From: Verrucomicrobiia bacterium
Lineage (GTDB): Bacteria; Verrucomicrobiota; Verrucomicrobiia; CAIQCK01
Direction of reading: 5' to 3'
NCBI GenBank assembly: GCA_041667205.1
Contig: JBAYFL010000008.1
Span: 1 to 64,000 of the forward strand
DNA: 64,000 bases
This document shows, in pieces, positions 39,520-49,550 of this stretch. The translations under genes and the position numbers were made by a program. The notes beneath the pieces were generated by a model, which had not been told where the DNA came from, made no database searches, and saw only the letters and a program-made list of their open reading frames with translations. Position 1 is the stretch's first letter. Every line of letters starts with the position of its first letter.

Positions 39520-39978
39520 GTGTATCGTAGCTCCATGCAGTGGTGCAAGCAGAAGTTTCCGGCGTTGGTGTTGTTGCTCGGCGGCGCGGCGATCCTGGCC
39601 GCAGTGCTGACCTTTTCGCCGGGCGCGGACGGTTGGGGCGACAACGGCCGCTGGCGGTTGCCACCGTGCTCGTTCAAGACGTTCACCGGCTGGATGCTCG
39701 GCCGCCCGCTGCCGTGCGCGACATGCGGTTTTACACACGCGTTCGCCTACGCCGCGCGCGGGCGGTTCGCCGAGGCGTTTCGCGAACAACCAGCCGGCGC
39801 GGTGACGTTCTTGGCCATGCTGGCGATGATGGCCGGCGCTGGCTGGACGCTGGCGACCGGCTCGCCACCGGTGCAATTGCGGCGATGGCAGTGGATCACG
39901 CTCGGCATCGCGGGCGGGGCGCTGCTGTTGGCGGCGTGGGCTTGCAAACTGTGGGAGGCGTTCTACGCCGTCCGGTAG
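39520..39978 (+). CDS. DUF2752 domain membrane protein
   Basis: PPCSFKTFTGWMLGRPLPCATCGFTHAF matches the CPxxxxTG..CPxCGxTR signature of DUF2752. Flanked by TM helices. Confidence 0.6.
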   Translation: MYRSSMQWCKQKFPALVLLLGGAAILAAVLTFSPGADGWGDNGRWRLPPCSFKTFTGWMLGRPLPCATCGFTHAFAYAARGRFAEAFREQPAGAVTFLAMLAMMAGAGWTLATGSPPVQLRRWQWITLGIAGGALLLAAWACKLWEAFYAVR

Positions 39979-40008
39979 CGAGTTTGAAGCTCGTGTGACG
40001 ACGGGCGC

Positions 40009-41250
40009 TTACGAGAGCTTGAAGAACTGCCGCAGGCTCTTCTTTCCTTGTTGTCCGATGCGGCTCGAAACTCGCTGCCAAGCCTTGGATGGTTTTTCGG
40101 GAGTCTGTTTGCGGTGTTCTTCCTTGCTGGCGTTGAAAGCAAAGTTCTCCAGTTCGATGGACGCCGGAAGTTGGGGCGCCCCGACAACCAGCGGCGCGCC
40201 CATGTTGATGGCTTCCACCGCCTCCGCAGCAAAGGGGATTTCCAGATCGAACGGTCGCGACAGCGCAGTCTCAACCTGGCTCCGCTCCAGATCGTTGCGC
40301 TTGAAAAGATGGTTCAGCACGAGGCGCACGTTGTTGCGGGGATAGTGCCGGAAATCGAAGAATTCCAGCATGGCCTTCATGGTGGCGATGGAGGCCATGT
40401 CGGGTGCCATGATGGCCATGATCTCCTGCGCGGCGTCCAACCCTGCCAAGGTGGTGTTGCGCATGTCGTCGGGCAGGTCCAGCACCACGTAATGATAGTT
40501 CTGGCTCAGCAGGGTCAACATGCGCGAAAGTTGCTCCGGCTTGAGCGCCGACATTGTCTCAGCGCGACCCGGCGCCGGCAGCACGAACGCGCCGCTGCTG
40601 TGCGGCAGCAGCAGCTTGTTCAGCATGTCAATTTCGATTTCCTCGGCCGGCACCGTAGAAATCTCGTCCCAACTGGTGCGTGCCGTCAGATTGAGCATGA
40701 GTGCGCTGTGACCAGCCACATGCGCCAAGTCCACCAGCACGGTGGGCTGGCTCCACAACTGGGCCAGGCCCGTTGCCATGTTGGCCGCCAAGGTGGACAC
40801 GCCGACGCCGCCGCGCAGCGAGTAGGCTGCAATGACCTTGCCCTCGATCCGTTGCGTCTGGCCCTCTCTCGGACGCTCGCCGGCACGGCGCAGCAAGACC
40901 TTGATCCGCGCCAGCAGTTCGGGCGCGTGGAAAGGCTTGGTCAGGTAGTCGTCGGCCCCGGCATCAAGGAAGCGAATCTTCTCTTCCTGGGAACTCTGGG
41001 CGGTCAGGATGATCACCGGCATGTGGGCGAATTCCGGTTTGCGCCTGAGACGGCGGCAGACTTCATGGCCGTCCAATTGCGGCATCACCACGTCGAGGAT
41101 AAGCAGATCCGGCTCATGTTCCTCCAATTTCTCCAGGGCTTCCGCGCCGTCTTGGGCGGTATGCACTTCATAACCTTCGCGCTCCAAGGCATGAGAGAGC
41201 GTTCGCAACGTGCTGCTATCGTCGTCTGCGATGAGAATTACGGCTGCCAT
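40009..41250 (-). CDS. response-regulator receiver fused to MinD/ParA-family ATPase (CpaE-like)
   Basis: Receiver ILIADDDSSTLR...LLILDVVMPQLDG...TKPF, then a deviant Walker A SLRGGVGVSTLAANMA and a ParA/MinD-like core. Confidence 0.8.
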   Translation of the reverse strand: MAAVILIADDDSSTLRTLSHALEREGYEVHTAQDGAEALEKLEEHEPDLLILDVVMPQLDGHEVCRRLRRKPEFAHMPVIILTAQSSQEEKIRFLDAGADDYLTKPFHAPELLARIKVLLRRAGERPREGQTQRIEGKVIAAYSLRGGVGVSTLAANMATGLAQLWSQPTVLVDLAHVAGHSALMLNLTARTSWDEISTVPAEEIEIDMLNKLLLPHSSGAFVLPAPGRAETMSALKPEQLSRMLTLLSQNYHYVVLDLPDDMRNTTLAGLDAAQEIMAIMAPDMASIATMKAMLEFFDFRHYPRNNVRLVLNHLFKRNDLERSQVETALSRPFDLEIPFAAEAVEAINMGAPLVVGAPQLPASIELENFAFNASKEEHRKQTPEKPSKAWQRVSSRIGQQGKKSLRQFFKLS

Positions 41251-41384
41251 AAATCCATTGTTGCGAGTTGAGTTTGCTCTTGCGCCGCGCAACCGGCGCA
41301 GCGCCATCGTTTGTCCGCCAGCCTGAAAAACTAAGCCATCGCCAAATCAAAGGCGAGATGAAAGCTCAGATCCTCCGCGGTTGG

Positions 41385-42569
41385 TCATTTGCCGAGGACT
41401 TGTTCCGTCGCCAGTCGTTCGGCGATCTCGATCAACGCGCCGCTGGCAGTGCCTTGCGGGTCGCTGGACACCATGGGCATACCCATCCGATTGGCCTCTG
41501 AGCAGGCGTCGGTGGCTGTTGGCACAACGCCCACCAGTTGGCAACCCATCGTGCTCAGCACCTCGGCGACGTCCACCGAAATCGGCAGCGGCTGGCGGTT
41601 GACCACCACCACGCCGATGCGGACGGGAATCACGCCCAGTTGCTGGAGCAGGTCTGTCATCACTTTACCCGCCACCACACACGTCGGAGTGCGATCAATC
41701 ACCACCACCACAAAGTCGCAGTGCTTCACCGCCGCCTGACATGCCGCGGAAGCATGGCTCTGTAGATCCAAGATCACGTATTGTCCCAAGCCGGCCAGCG
41801 CGCGCGTCAACGCGTCGACCATGTCAGAACCGAGTTCCTTGAAGTCCTCGGCGCGTTGTGGCCCCAACAGCAGGCTCAGGCCTGACGGCAGTTTCACCAA
41901 ACACCGCTCGACTTCCCGCGAGGTGATTTTATCCGGCTCCAGCTTCATCAGTGTATTGAGGCCGCTCAACGCCGCCCGGCTCTTCTTGTAGAAGAAAGGG
42001 TCGTAGAAGGCGCTGTAAGAACCCAGCAACTCCGCCGCGATGACCTCCTTGTGCTTCTTGGCGAGCGCGGCGGCAACATTGAGCGCGACGGTGGTGGTGC
42101 CGACGCCGCCGCGCGCGCCGATGACGCCGATCGTCTTCCCCGCCTTCGCCCCCTGGACCTGTTTCAACTGGGCCGCCTGCACCTTGTGCCGCTCGATGGC
42201 ATAGTGCAGGGTGCGGTGCAGCGTCTTGGGTTGCACCTGGCCTTTGACCAGAAAATCCTGCGCGCCCTGCCGCACCGCCTCGATGGCGACGGCCTCGTCG
42301 CTGACACCCGTCAACGCCACGACGGGCACGTTGGGCGCTTCTTTTCGCACCGCCGTGAACGTCGCCATGCCCTCGCTGTCGGGAAGCATGAAATCCAGCA
42401 ACACCAGGTCAATCGTCTGCGTGCGCAACTTCTCCAACCCCTCGCTGAGACGCTCGGCGCGTTGGATCACGAAAGCCCCCTCGCCGGCCTTGGTCAACGC
42501 CTCGGTGATCACGCGCGCGTCCACCGCGTTATCTTCCACTAGAAGAATGTTGTATGCCTTGGTGCTCAT
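41385..42569 (-). CDS. response-regulator receiver fused to MinD/ParA-family ATPase (CpaE-like), paralog
   Basis: Receiver ILLVEDNAVDAR...LVLLDFMLPDSEG...VKGQ, then GARGGVGTTTVALNVA and a ParA/MinD core. Confidence 0.8.
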   Translation of the reverse strand: MSTKAYNILLVEDNAVDARVITEALTKAGEGAFVIQRAERLSEGLEKLRTQTIDLVLLDFMLPDSEGMATFTAVRKEAPNVPVVALTGVSDEAVAIEAVRQGAQDFLVKGQVQPKTLHRTLHYAIERHKVQAAQLKQVQGAKAGKTIGVIGARGGVGTTTVALNVAAALAKKHKEVIAAELLGSYSAFYDPFFYKKSRAALSGLNTLMKLEPDKITSREVERCLVKLPSGLSLLLGPQRAEDFKELGSDMVDALTRALAGLGQYVILDLQSHASAACQAAVKHCDFVVVVIDRTPTCVVAGKVMTDLLQQLGVIPVRIGVVVVNRQPLPISVDVAEVLSTMGCQLVGVVPTATDACSEANRMGMPMVSSDPQGTASGALIEIAERLATEQVLGK

Positions 42570-42636
42570 GGTGTTTCTCTCCTACTGACGACCGTCGTTG
42601 CTCCTGCGCTTGCGGAAGGAAAACGTCTTCATCGGG

Positions 42637-43014
42637 TCATCCCTGCGTGATGTTGTGCAGCTCAACAGCGACCCGCTTGAATTCTTCCTCGATCCGGCAG
42701 ATCAACTCGGCGGCTCCCTCCAGTTTTCCAGAACCGGCGAGTTGTTCCAGTTGCAGAGAGACTGCCGTCAGGTTGCTGGCACCGACGTTCAGACTGCTGC
42801 CCTTGATCGTGTGCGCCGCCCGTTTTAGCCCGGTGAAGTCACCCGCCGCGAGCGTCTCGCGCATCGCCACCAGCCGCTGGGCCGTGTCGCTTTCAAATGC
42901 GGAGAACACATCCTTCAGAAACGCCACATCGCCGTCGCCGATCTCGCGCAACCGCTCAATCGCCGCGGCATCCACCGCTGGCTTCTCTTGCCCCAAGCGA
43001 TCAGGTGTTTCCAT
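42637..43014 (-). CDS. Hpt (histidine phosphotransfer) domain protein
   Basis: 125 aa carrying the HTIKGSSLNVGA motif with the phosphorylatable His. Confidence 0.75.
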   Translation of the reverse strand: METPDRLGQEKPAVDAAAIERLREIGDGDVAFLKDVFSAFESDTAQRLVAMRETLAAGDFTGLKRAAHTIKGSSLNVGASNLTAVSLQLEQLAGSGKLEGAAELICRIEEEFKRVAVELHNITQG

Positions 43015-43167
43015 ATTCGGCCTCCATTGCCGCCGTCATCCCGCAGCCGTTGCCGCACACACGGGACCGCGGCCGCCTGTCAATTTTTCTGAACCTCACT
43101 TCTCGATCCAGTCAATGCATCCAACCGCAACTGGCCGGAAGTGTAGTTTTGGCAGCCGGGTTTGTCC

Positions 43168-43349
43168 ATGCAGGAGTTTTGATTGTCGGAACTCCATGAG
43201 AATGTCCCCATCATAACTCTTTAGAAATGTCCCCTTTGGGGCGGAGTTGCGTTAGCAACTCCGGCCACAACATGGAGACATTAACGATGAGTCGGAAGGA
43301 ACGGGATCGGTTGACGGTCATGATCGGGATCATGCAGGAGTTTTGATTG
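43168..43349. repeat. two 19-bp direct repeats (CATGCAGGAGTTTTGATTG at 43168-43186 and 43331-43349) flanking a perfect 8-bp-stem hairpin (GGAGTTGCgttaGCAACTCC, 43243-43262)
   Basis: Read directly in the roughly 400-bp intergenic region upstream of the Hpt gene. Confidence 0.7.
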
Positions 43350-43410
43350 CACACGCGGAGCCTGCCGTGAACTTCCCGGCGTCCGGCCCTTCGCCTGGAT
43401 GACGGCCGTC

Positions 43411-44901
43411 TCACACCGGCCACGGACCTTTGAAACCAGTCTCGGCCAACTTCAGTTTGTGGAGATGGGCGAAGAGGCGGAACTTCCGCGCGTGGTCGCC
43501 GCTGAAGAGGAGGTTGTGGTGGCCTTTGACCATGCAGGCGTCCTCGCGATCGGTGATGGCGATCTCGACATTGGTGGTGCAACCGCCCGCCGGCGGCATT
43601 GCGTGCGATTTTACGACGCGGCCGGCATACACGTCGAGCGCCGGTTCCTTGCCGGGATAGTAATGGATCATCGTCACCGGCTCGTCGGGCTTCCAGAAAA
43701 CTTGGATGGCGCAACTTCCCTCGTTCGTGTGCGCGAACCGCCGCAGCAGATACGGCAACTCCGGCCCGGCCGGCCCGCGCATCCGCGTCGCGCAAGTGCA
43801 ATGCGATGCGTAGTAGTGGTTGCGCTCGGTGTCATAGCAGGGGTTGTGCTGGAAGCCCGGCTGGCCGAGCAGCAACTGGCCGAGCAGTTGGCCGTAGGCG
43901 GCGGGCATGTCGTTCTCGCAGATCGCCGGCACCAACGCGCTGTTGAGCGCGGAGAAACTCATGCACGGCTTGAGCATCCCGCGCCGCAAGCAGGTCATCG
44001 CCACGCCGTCGGCTCGCTCCTCGGCCAGCAGCTTCTTCAACGTCAAGTGCGCCCGCGCGGCGTTCTCCAGCGCCTCGCGCATGATGCCGCGTTTCTCCTT
44101 CGCTCTGCCGCTGAACCGCGCGATGAAGCGCCGCGCCTCCGCGCCGAGCGCGACCTTGCCGAACTCATCGGCGTAGCGATCGAACGGGATGACGCTGATC
44201 TTCGTGCCAAAGAACGTCTCGACGATCTCACCCGGCTTCTTCACGTCGGTGACGCTGAGCAGCTTGCTCTGCGCCATGAGCTTCTTTGTGTTGATCATCC
44301 GCAAGCTGCTCTCGATGGCGTCCATGTTCTCCAGCGACTGGATGAAATAAACGCCCGGCCGCCGATACGCCGTCACCGACCCGTGTTTCACGCCGAGGCC
44401 GATGTAGAAGATCGCGGGAATGCCGAGCTTGTCGGCGGCCTTCAGCAACAACTCGGCGTGCGCGAGGCTGCGGTTGTAGAACATCACCAGCAGCAACCCG
44501 TCCGGCTTCTGAGTTTCCAGTTCCTGTGCCAGCCGCTGCGCGCCGGCATCGTCAGCGATGGACGAGTCATCCATCACGAGCTTCAGGCCGAGCTTCTGTT
44601 CCATCTTCCGCAGCGCGGCTGCGTATTGCCGCTGCCGGCCCTCGGCGTCGTAGTCGTTGCCCGGCCAGCTCCACCAGTCGTCCGTCTTTGTCTTGAATGT
44701 CTTCGATGGCGGATAGAGAAACGCCACGCGCACCGTCGCGCCCTGCTTCGCCGCCCGCGACGCTGCCGCGTTCTCCGCCGCGTCGGCGATCATCGGAGCG
44801 AGCGCCATTCCGCCTAACGCCGCGCTGGCGATGGCGAGAAACTCCCGCCGGTCCAGTTGGCAGCCACACGCGCAGCTTGAATCATGACCATGCTTGTTCA
44901 T
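43411..44901 (-). CDS. TAT-signal exported protein of unknown function (paralog of 52498..54015)
   Basis: N-terminus MNKHGHDSSCACGCQLDRREFLAIASAALGGMALA: a twin-arginine motif preceded by a CxCxC cluster. A C-terminal region is conserved with its paralog (E-D ... PGF..P..DT ... HC..TRM ... GDH). Confidence 0.65.
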   Translation of the reverse strand: MNKHGHDSSCACGCQLDRREFLAIASAALGGMALAPMIADAAENAAASRAAKQGATVRVAFLYPPSKTFKTKTDDWWSWPGNDYDAEGRQRQYAAALRKMEQKLGLKLVMDDSSIADDAGAQRLAQELETQKPDGLLLVMFYNRSLAHAELLLKAADKLGIPAIFYIGLGVKHGSVTAYRRPGVYFIQSLENMDAIESSLRMINTKKLMAQSKLLSVTDVKKPGEIVETFFGTKISVIPFDRYADEFGKVALGAEARRFIARFSGRAKEKRGIMREALENAARAHLTLKKLLAEERADGVAMTCLRRGMLKPCMSFSALNSALVPAICENDMPAAYGQLLGQLLLGQPGFQHNPCYDTERNHYYASHCTCATRMRGPAGPELPYLLRRFAHTNEGSCAIQVFWKPDEPVTMIHYYPGKEPALDVYAGRVVKSHAMPPAGGCTTNVEIAITDREDACMVKGHHNLLFSGDHARKFRLFAHLHKLKLAETGFKGPWPV

Positions 44902-44914
44902 CGCATTCTCCTTC

Positions 44915-46540
44915 TCAGCGTTTGGATTTCGCTTTGCCAGCCTTGCTAGATTCCGCCGGCCCGGCCTGTCTTCGAAACTCCGTCTCCAGCGCCTGCCACT
45001 TCGCTTCCATCGCCTGCGCCCGCTCCGGCTGTTCCTTCACGAGGTTCTTTCTCTCGCAGCGGTCGGTGCTCAGGTCGAACAACTCCCACGTGTCCTCATC
45101 CTCGCGCGCCGAGACCAGCTTCCAGTCACCCATTCGCAGCGCGCGGTTGCCCTCGTGGTTGAAGAAAAGGAACTCGCGCGTCACCGCGCCGTCGCGCGCG
45201 AATGCCGGCGCGAGGCTCTTTCCAGGCAACGGCGGCGCGCCGGCAGGCAGCGCGGCTTTTCCTCCGGCCAGATCGAGCAGCGTGGGCGCGAAGTCAATCA
45301 CGTGGCCAACATCGCGCCGCAGTTCGTCGCGCGCGCTGATGCCCTTCGGCCAGTGGACGATCAGCGGCGTCGAGACGCCGCCCTCGTTCACCCAGACCTT
45401 TTGGCGTCGGAACGGCGAGTTGCTGGCGCTCGCCCAGCCGGGGCCGACGCAGAGGAACGTCTGCCACGATCCCGGCGCCGCCGCGCGGTCGTGGCCGTCG
45501 CCGCGCACCATCAACGTCGCGTCCGCGCCGTTATCGGAGAGGAAGAAGATGACCGTGTTTTCCAGCGCGCCCATCGTTCGGAGCTGTTCCACCACGCGGC
45601 CGATCTCGCGATCCATCCGGTCCACCATCGCTGCATGGATGGCCATCTTCGTCGCCTGAAACCGCCGCTGCTCGTCCGTCAGGCTTTGCCACGCGACGGC
45701 GTAACGGCTTTCGCCCGGCCCGACCTTTTCGAGCAGGTCCGGCTTGAAATAGCGCGGCGAGAGTTTCTCGTCTCGCAGCGCCAGGTCGCAGTTGACGATG
45801 CCCATCTCGCGCAACCGGCGCCACCGCCGTTCGCGCACCACGTCCCAGCCTTCGAGGTAGCGGTCGCGATACTTCGCGATGTCCTCCTGCGGCGCGTGCA
45901 GCGGGAAGTGAGGCGAGATGAATGCGAGGTAGAGGAAAAACGGCTGCGCGGCGTGGTTGGCCGCGTGGTCCTTCATAAAACCGATGGAGCGGTTGGCGAA
46001 CTCCGTCGTCGCGTAGTAGCCGCTGTCCGGCTTCACCGGCGGTGCTTGCACGTCGTCCACCCAGTGTTGCACCGGCGAGAAATAGCGATCCCAATCCTGG
46101 AACCAGTAGGAGTGGTCGAAGCCGCCATCCGCCACCGGCTTCGGCGCGCCGAGCACATGCCACTTGCCGGCGTGATAGCTGCGATAGCCGAGCGGCTTGA
46201 GGCAATGCGGCAGCAACCGCGCCCACGCCGGCAGCCGGCCGCGCGGCGGGTCCATGCGGATTTGTTGCGCGTAGTAACCGCTCATGATGCACGAGCGCGT
46301 CGGCCAGCAACGCGCCGTGTTGTAGAACTGCGTGAACCGCAGGCCGTTCGCGGCGAGGCGGTCGAGGTTCGGCGTGGCAATCTCGCCACCGTAGCAGCCC
46401 GGGTCGGAGAACCCCATGTCGTCGGCGAGGATGATGACGAAGTTCGGCTTCGCGTCGGCGGCGGAGGCAAACCACAGAAGACACGGAAGAAGGAGAAGAA
46501 GAAGCGAGCGAGAACGCCGAGTAGATTGTCTTGAGCGCAT
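44915..46540 (-). CDS. sulfatase (Cys-type, formylglycine-dependent)
   Basis: Signal peptide, PNFVIILADDMG, and active site CWPTR. The Lys-rich tail ends ...SKAGKAKSKR. Start at the internal ATG at 46540. Confidence 0.88.
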   Translation of the reverse strand: MRSRQSTRRSRSLLLLLLPCLLWFASAADAKPNFVIILADDMGFSDPGCYGGEIATPNLDRLAANGLRFTQFYNTARCWPTRSCIMSGYYAQQIRMDPPRGRLPAWARLLPHCLKPLGYRSYHAGKWHVLGAPKPVADGGFDHSYWFQDWDRYFSPVQHWVDDVQAPPVKPDSGYYATTEFANRSIGFMKDHAANHAAQPFFLYLAFISPHFPLHAPQEDIAKYRDRYLEGWDVVRERRWRRLREMGIVNCDLALRDEKLSPRYFKPDLLEKVGPGESRYAVAWQSLTDEQRRFQATKMAIHAAMVDRMDREIGRVVEQLRTMGALENTVIFFLSDNGADATLMVRGDGHDRAAAPGSWQTFLCVGPGWASASNSPFRRQKVWVNEGGVSTPLIVHWPKGISARDELRRDVGHVIDFAPTLLDLAGGKAALPAGAPPLPGKSLAPAFARDGAVTREFLFFNHEGNRALRMGDWKLVSAREDEDTWELFDLSTDRCERKNLVKEQPERAQAMEAKWQALETEFRRQAGPAESSKAGKAKSKR

Positions 46541-46578
46541 GTTTCCTTCCGTGTGTTCCGTGTCTTCCGTGGTTCTCT

Positions 46579-48081
46579 TCAATTGTTGGCGGCCAACCCC
46601 CGCGCGGTGCTTCCCTTCTTTCTCAACTTCGCCAGCAGTTCGTCGAGATGCTTCACTATGTCCGGATGTTCGTTGTAGAGGTTCGTCGTCTCGTTCGGGT
46701 CTTTCTCCAAGTCGTAGAGTTGGCCCGCTGGCGCGTCGGACTTGAGTTGGCCGGCGGCGGTGTAGTCGCTGTTCTTGCGGCCAATCTTCCACGGCTGCAT
46801 CCATGGTCCTTTCTCATCAGTCGAAAAACCGCCGGAGCCACGCTTTGGGAAGAGCAACCACTTGCCCTCACGAATAGCGAGGCCACCCGTGCCGATGAAT
46901 GTTGCGAACGTCCGCACCGGCTTGCGGCCCGGTGTGTCGAGCAGCGCCGGCAACGCGTTGAAACTGTCCGGCCCCTCGTCCGAGCCGAGGTTGCGTCCCA
47001 GCACGGCGGCGAACGTCGCCAGCATGTCGGTCAGCGCGATGAAATCGCCCGTGCGCGTGCCCGCCGGGATGCAGCCGGGCCAGCGTGCGATGAACGGCAC
47101 GCGATGGCCTCCTTCCCACACATCGGTCTTCTGGCCGAGCAGGTCGCCGTTCGCGAGATGGCCGGCTTTCACGGCGTCTCGATGCAACACGCCGCCGTTG
47201 TCGCTCGTGAAGAAAACGAGCGTCTTCTCCGCGAGGCCGAGACGGTCGAGCGCGCCGAGCACTTCGCCGACGGCCCAGTCGAGTTCCTGGATGTAGTCGC
47301 CATACGCGCCGATGCCGCTGCTGCCTTGGAAGCGTTTGCCGGGCGTGACCGGCACATGGACGTTCATCGTGCCGTAGTAGAGGAAGAATGGCCGCTCCTT
47401 GTTCCGCTCGATGAACTTCACCGCCTTCTCCGTGTGCAACGCGCAAAGCTCGTCGTGCTTCACCAGCGCGGACTTGCCGCCTTGCAGGACGCCGTGCGGA
47501 AACTTCGGCGGCTGCGCGGGCAGAATCTTGATCGGGTCGTTCGGGTCGAGGTCGACGACACGATGGTTGTCCACGACCACCTGCGGCGGCTCGTTGTGCG
47601 TCATCGCGGTGCCGAAGAACGAATCGAAACCGCACTCCAGCGGCCCCGGCTTGAGGTCGCCGTTCCAATCCGGTTGCTTTACGCCGTAGCCAAGGTGCCA
47701 CTTGCCGACAAGCGCCGTGGCGTAGCCCGCCGATTTGCAGAGCGAGGCGATGGTCGTTCGCTCCGGCTCGACGAGGCAGTCGCGGTTCCACCTGCGCCCG
47801 ATGCGGTAATACTCGCGGCCCGTGATGATCGCATAGCGCGTCGGCGTGCAAACGGCGCAAGGCGAGTGTGCGTCAGTGAAGAGCCGTCCTTGTTGCGCGA
47901 GCCGATCAATGGCCGGCGTCTTGACCTTCGTCGCGCCGTAGCAGCCGAGGTCGCCGTAGCCAAGATCGTCGGCGAGGATAAAGACGATGTTGGGCTTCTG
48001 GATTGGCTCTGCGGAGTGGAGCGACACTGACGAAGCTAGGAACAGGGCGGCGAGGAAGATGCGGAGTGGTTTCATGGTCAT
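46579..48081 (-). CDS. sulfatase (Cys-type)
   Basis: Signal peptide, PNIVFILADDLGYGDLGCYG, and active site CTPTR. Confidence 0.9.
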   Translation of the reverse strand: MTMKPLRIFLAALFLASSVSLHSAEPIQKPNIVFILADDLGYGDLGCYGATKVKTPAIDRLAQQGRLFTDAHSPCAVCTPTRYAIITGREYYRIGRRWNRDCLVEPERTTIASLCKSAGYATALVGKWHLGYGVKQPDWNGDLKPGPLECGFDSFFGTAMTHNEPPQVVVDNHRVVDLDPNDPIKILPAQPPKFPHGVLQGGKSALVKHDELCALHTEKAVKFIERNKERPFFLYYGTMNVHVPVTPGKRFQGSSGIGAYGDYIQELDWAVGEVLGALDRLGLAEKTLVFFTSDNGGVLHRDAVKAGHLANGDLLGQKTDVWEGGHRVPFIARWPGCIPAGTRTGDFIALTDMLATFAAVLGRNLGSDEGPDSFNALPALLDTPGRKPVRTFATFIGTGGLAIREGKWLLFPKRGSGGFSTDEKGPWMQPWKIGRKNSDYTAAGQLKSDAPAGQLYDLEKDPNETTNLYNEHPDIVKHLDELLAKLRKKGSTARGLAANN

Positions 48082-49550
48082 TTCTTCTGCACGGCGGGAT
48101 ATGGGCGTTCAGGAACGAGACGTTGCCCATCGGAAAAACCTTCCGGCCTTCCGGCCAGCCGCTGGATGAGACGCTGACGCCATTGTTTCACCGCGGGGAG
48201 CTTTGAGAGGTCGCGTTCCTCGCGTGGATCGCGGTCGAGGTCGAACAACTGCTCCGTGCAGTCCGTGGGACGCCAGATGTATTTGAAGTGGCCGTCGGTA
48301 AGCGCGTGAAACGCCTGAGCTTTGCTGTAGCAGGGCGCGTGTTCGAAATGCAGCCAGTCGCGCGTCACGCGTCCCGTGCCGCGCAATACCGACACGAGGC
48401 TGACACCGTCGGCGGATTTCGGACGGTTGATGTGCGCCAGTTCCGCCAGAGTCGGCAGAATGTCTTCGAGACAGACCGGCTGGTCGCAACGTCCGCCTGC
48501 CTTGAAGCCGAGCGACGGCGAGCCGCAGATGACGAACGGGATGTTGGCGGCGCCTTCATACGGCTCGCACTTGCGGAAATAACCGTGGTCGCCGAGCAGT
48601 TCGCCGTGGTCGGAGGAGACCACGATGACCCACGCGCGCCCGGCCTTCTCGCTGCGGGCCTTGAAATCGGCGATCAGCGGGCCGAACTGTTCGTCGAGAT
48701 GCTCGATCAACCCGAAGTAGCCGGCCTGCGCGCGCCGCAGCGGCTCGCCTTCCAAGCGCACGCGATGTCCGCCTTTGTCGCCTGTCGGCGAGAGCGCCGC
48801 CCAATCCACCCAGTCGCCGTGCGCCGGGCGCGGCAGCTCCTTTTTCAGAAGCGCGTCGAAAAACTTCTTCGGCGGGAACAACGGCGGATGCGGCGCGTAG
48901 AACGACGCGGTCAGGAATAATGGCTTCGCGGCGGGCGTGGCATTCACGACCTGTCGGGATTGCCGGACGATCCACGCAGTCGGGTGCAGATCGTCGGGGA
49001 GAGGCCACGGCGCGGCGGGCCAGAGGTTGCAGTTCAGCCCCAGTTTCGCGATCACGTTGCGAATGCCGCCGCATTCCTGCGCGGCTTTCTTCAAGTCGGT
49101 GTCGTAATCGTCGTCCGACACATAGGTCGAACCGAGGACTTGTTTCTGGTAGCCGCAGGTGCCGCTCGCAGACTGCTGGTGCATGTTGCGGCCGACCAGC
49201 ACGGTGGCATAACCGGCGTCCGCCAGCAGGCCCGGCAGGGTGGGCGTCGTAATCGGCCGGGCGCCGTAGCCCACGATTCCACTGGCCTGCGGCGAAGTGC
49301 CGGTCAGCAACGCGTAGCGCGCGGGAATGCACGACGGCACGGTAGAATACGCCCGCCGGAAGAGTATTCCCTGCCGAGCAAGCTCGTCCAACTGCGGCGT
49401 GCGCACGACCGGATGGCCGAGCGCCGACAGGCAGTCGCCGCGCATCTGGTCGGGCATCAAGAACAAGATGTCCGGCTTCTCCGCGGCCCGCGCGTAGAGC
49501 GATGGCGCGAGCAGCACGGCAGAGAGTGTAAGTAATTGGAAAGCCTTCAT
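48078..49550 (-). CDS. sulfatase (Cys-type, choline-sulfatase-like subgroup)
   Basis: MKAFQLLTLSAVLLAPSLYA signal peptide, PDILFLMPDQMRGD, and active site CIPAR. ATGA overlap with the previous gene. Confidence 0.85.
   Translation of the reverse strand: MKAFQLLTLSAVLLAPSLYARAAEKPDILFLMPDQMRGDCLSALGHPVVRTPQLDELARQGILFRRAYSTVPSCIPARYALLTGTSPQASGIVGYGARPITTPTLPGLLADAGYATVLVGRNMHQQSASGTCGYQKQVLGSTYVSDDDYDTDLKKAAQECGGIRNVIAKLGLNCNLWPAAPWPLPDDLHPTAWIVRQSRQVVNATPAAKPLFLTASFYAPHPPLFPPKKFFDALLKKELPRPAHGDWVDWAALSPTGDKGGHRVRLEGEPLRRAQAGYFGLIEHLDEQFGPLIADFKARSEKAGRAWVIVVSSDHGELLGDHGYFRKCEPYEGAANIPFVICGSPSLGFKAGGRCDQPVCLEDILPTLAELAHINRPKSADGVSLVSVLRGTGRVTRDWLHFEHAPCYSKAQAFHALTDGHFKYIWRPTDCTEQLFDLDRDPREERDLSKLPAVKQWRQRLIQRLAGRPEGFSDGQRLVPERPYPAVQKK

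Noticed and set aside
43399-44817. 472-aa + ORF antisense to the TAT protein
   Set aside because: The minus-strand product has a TAT signal and a paralog elsewhere in the window. The + frame is R/A-rich.
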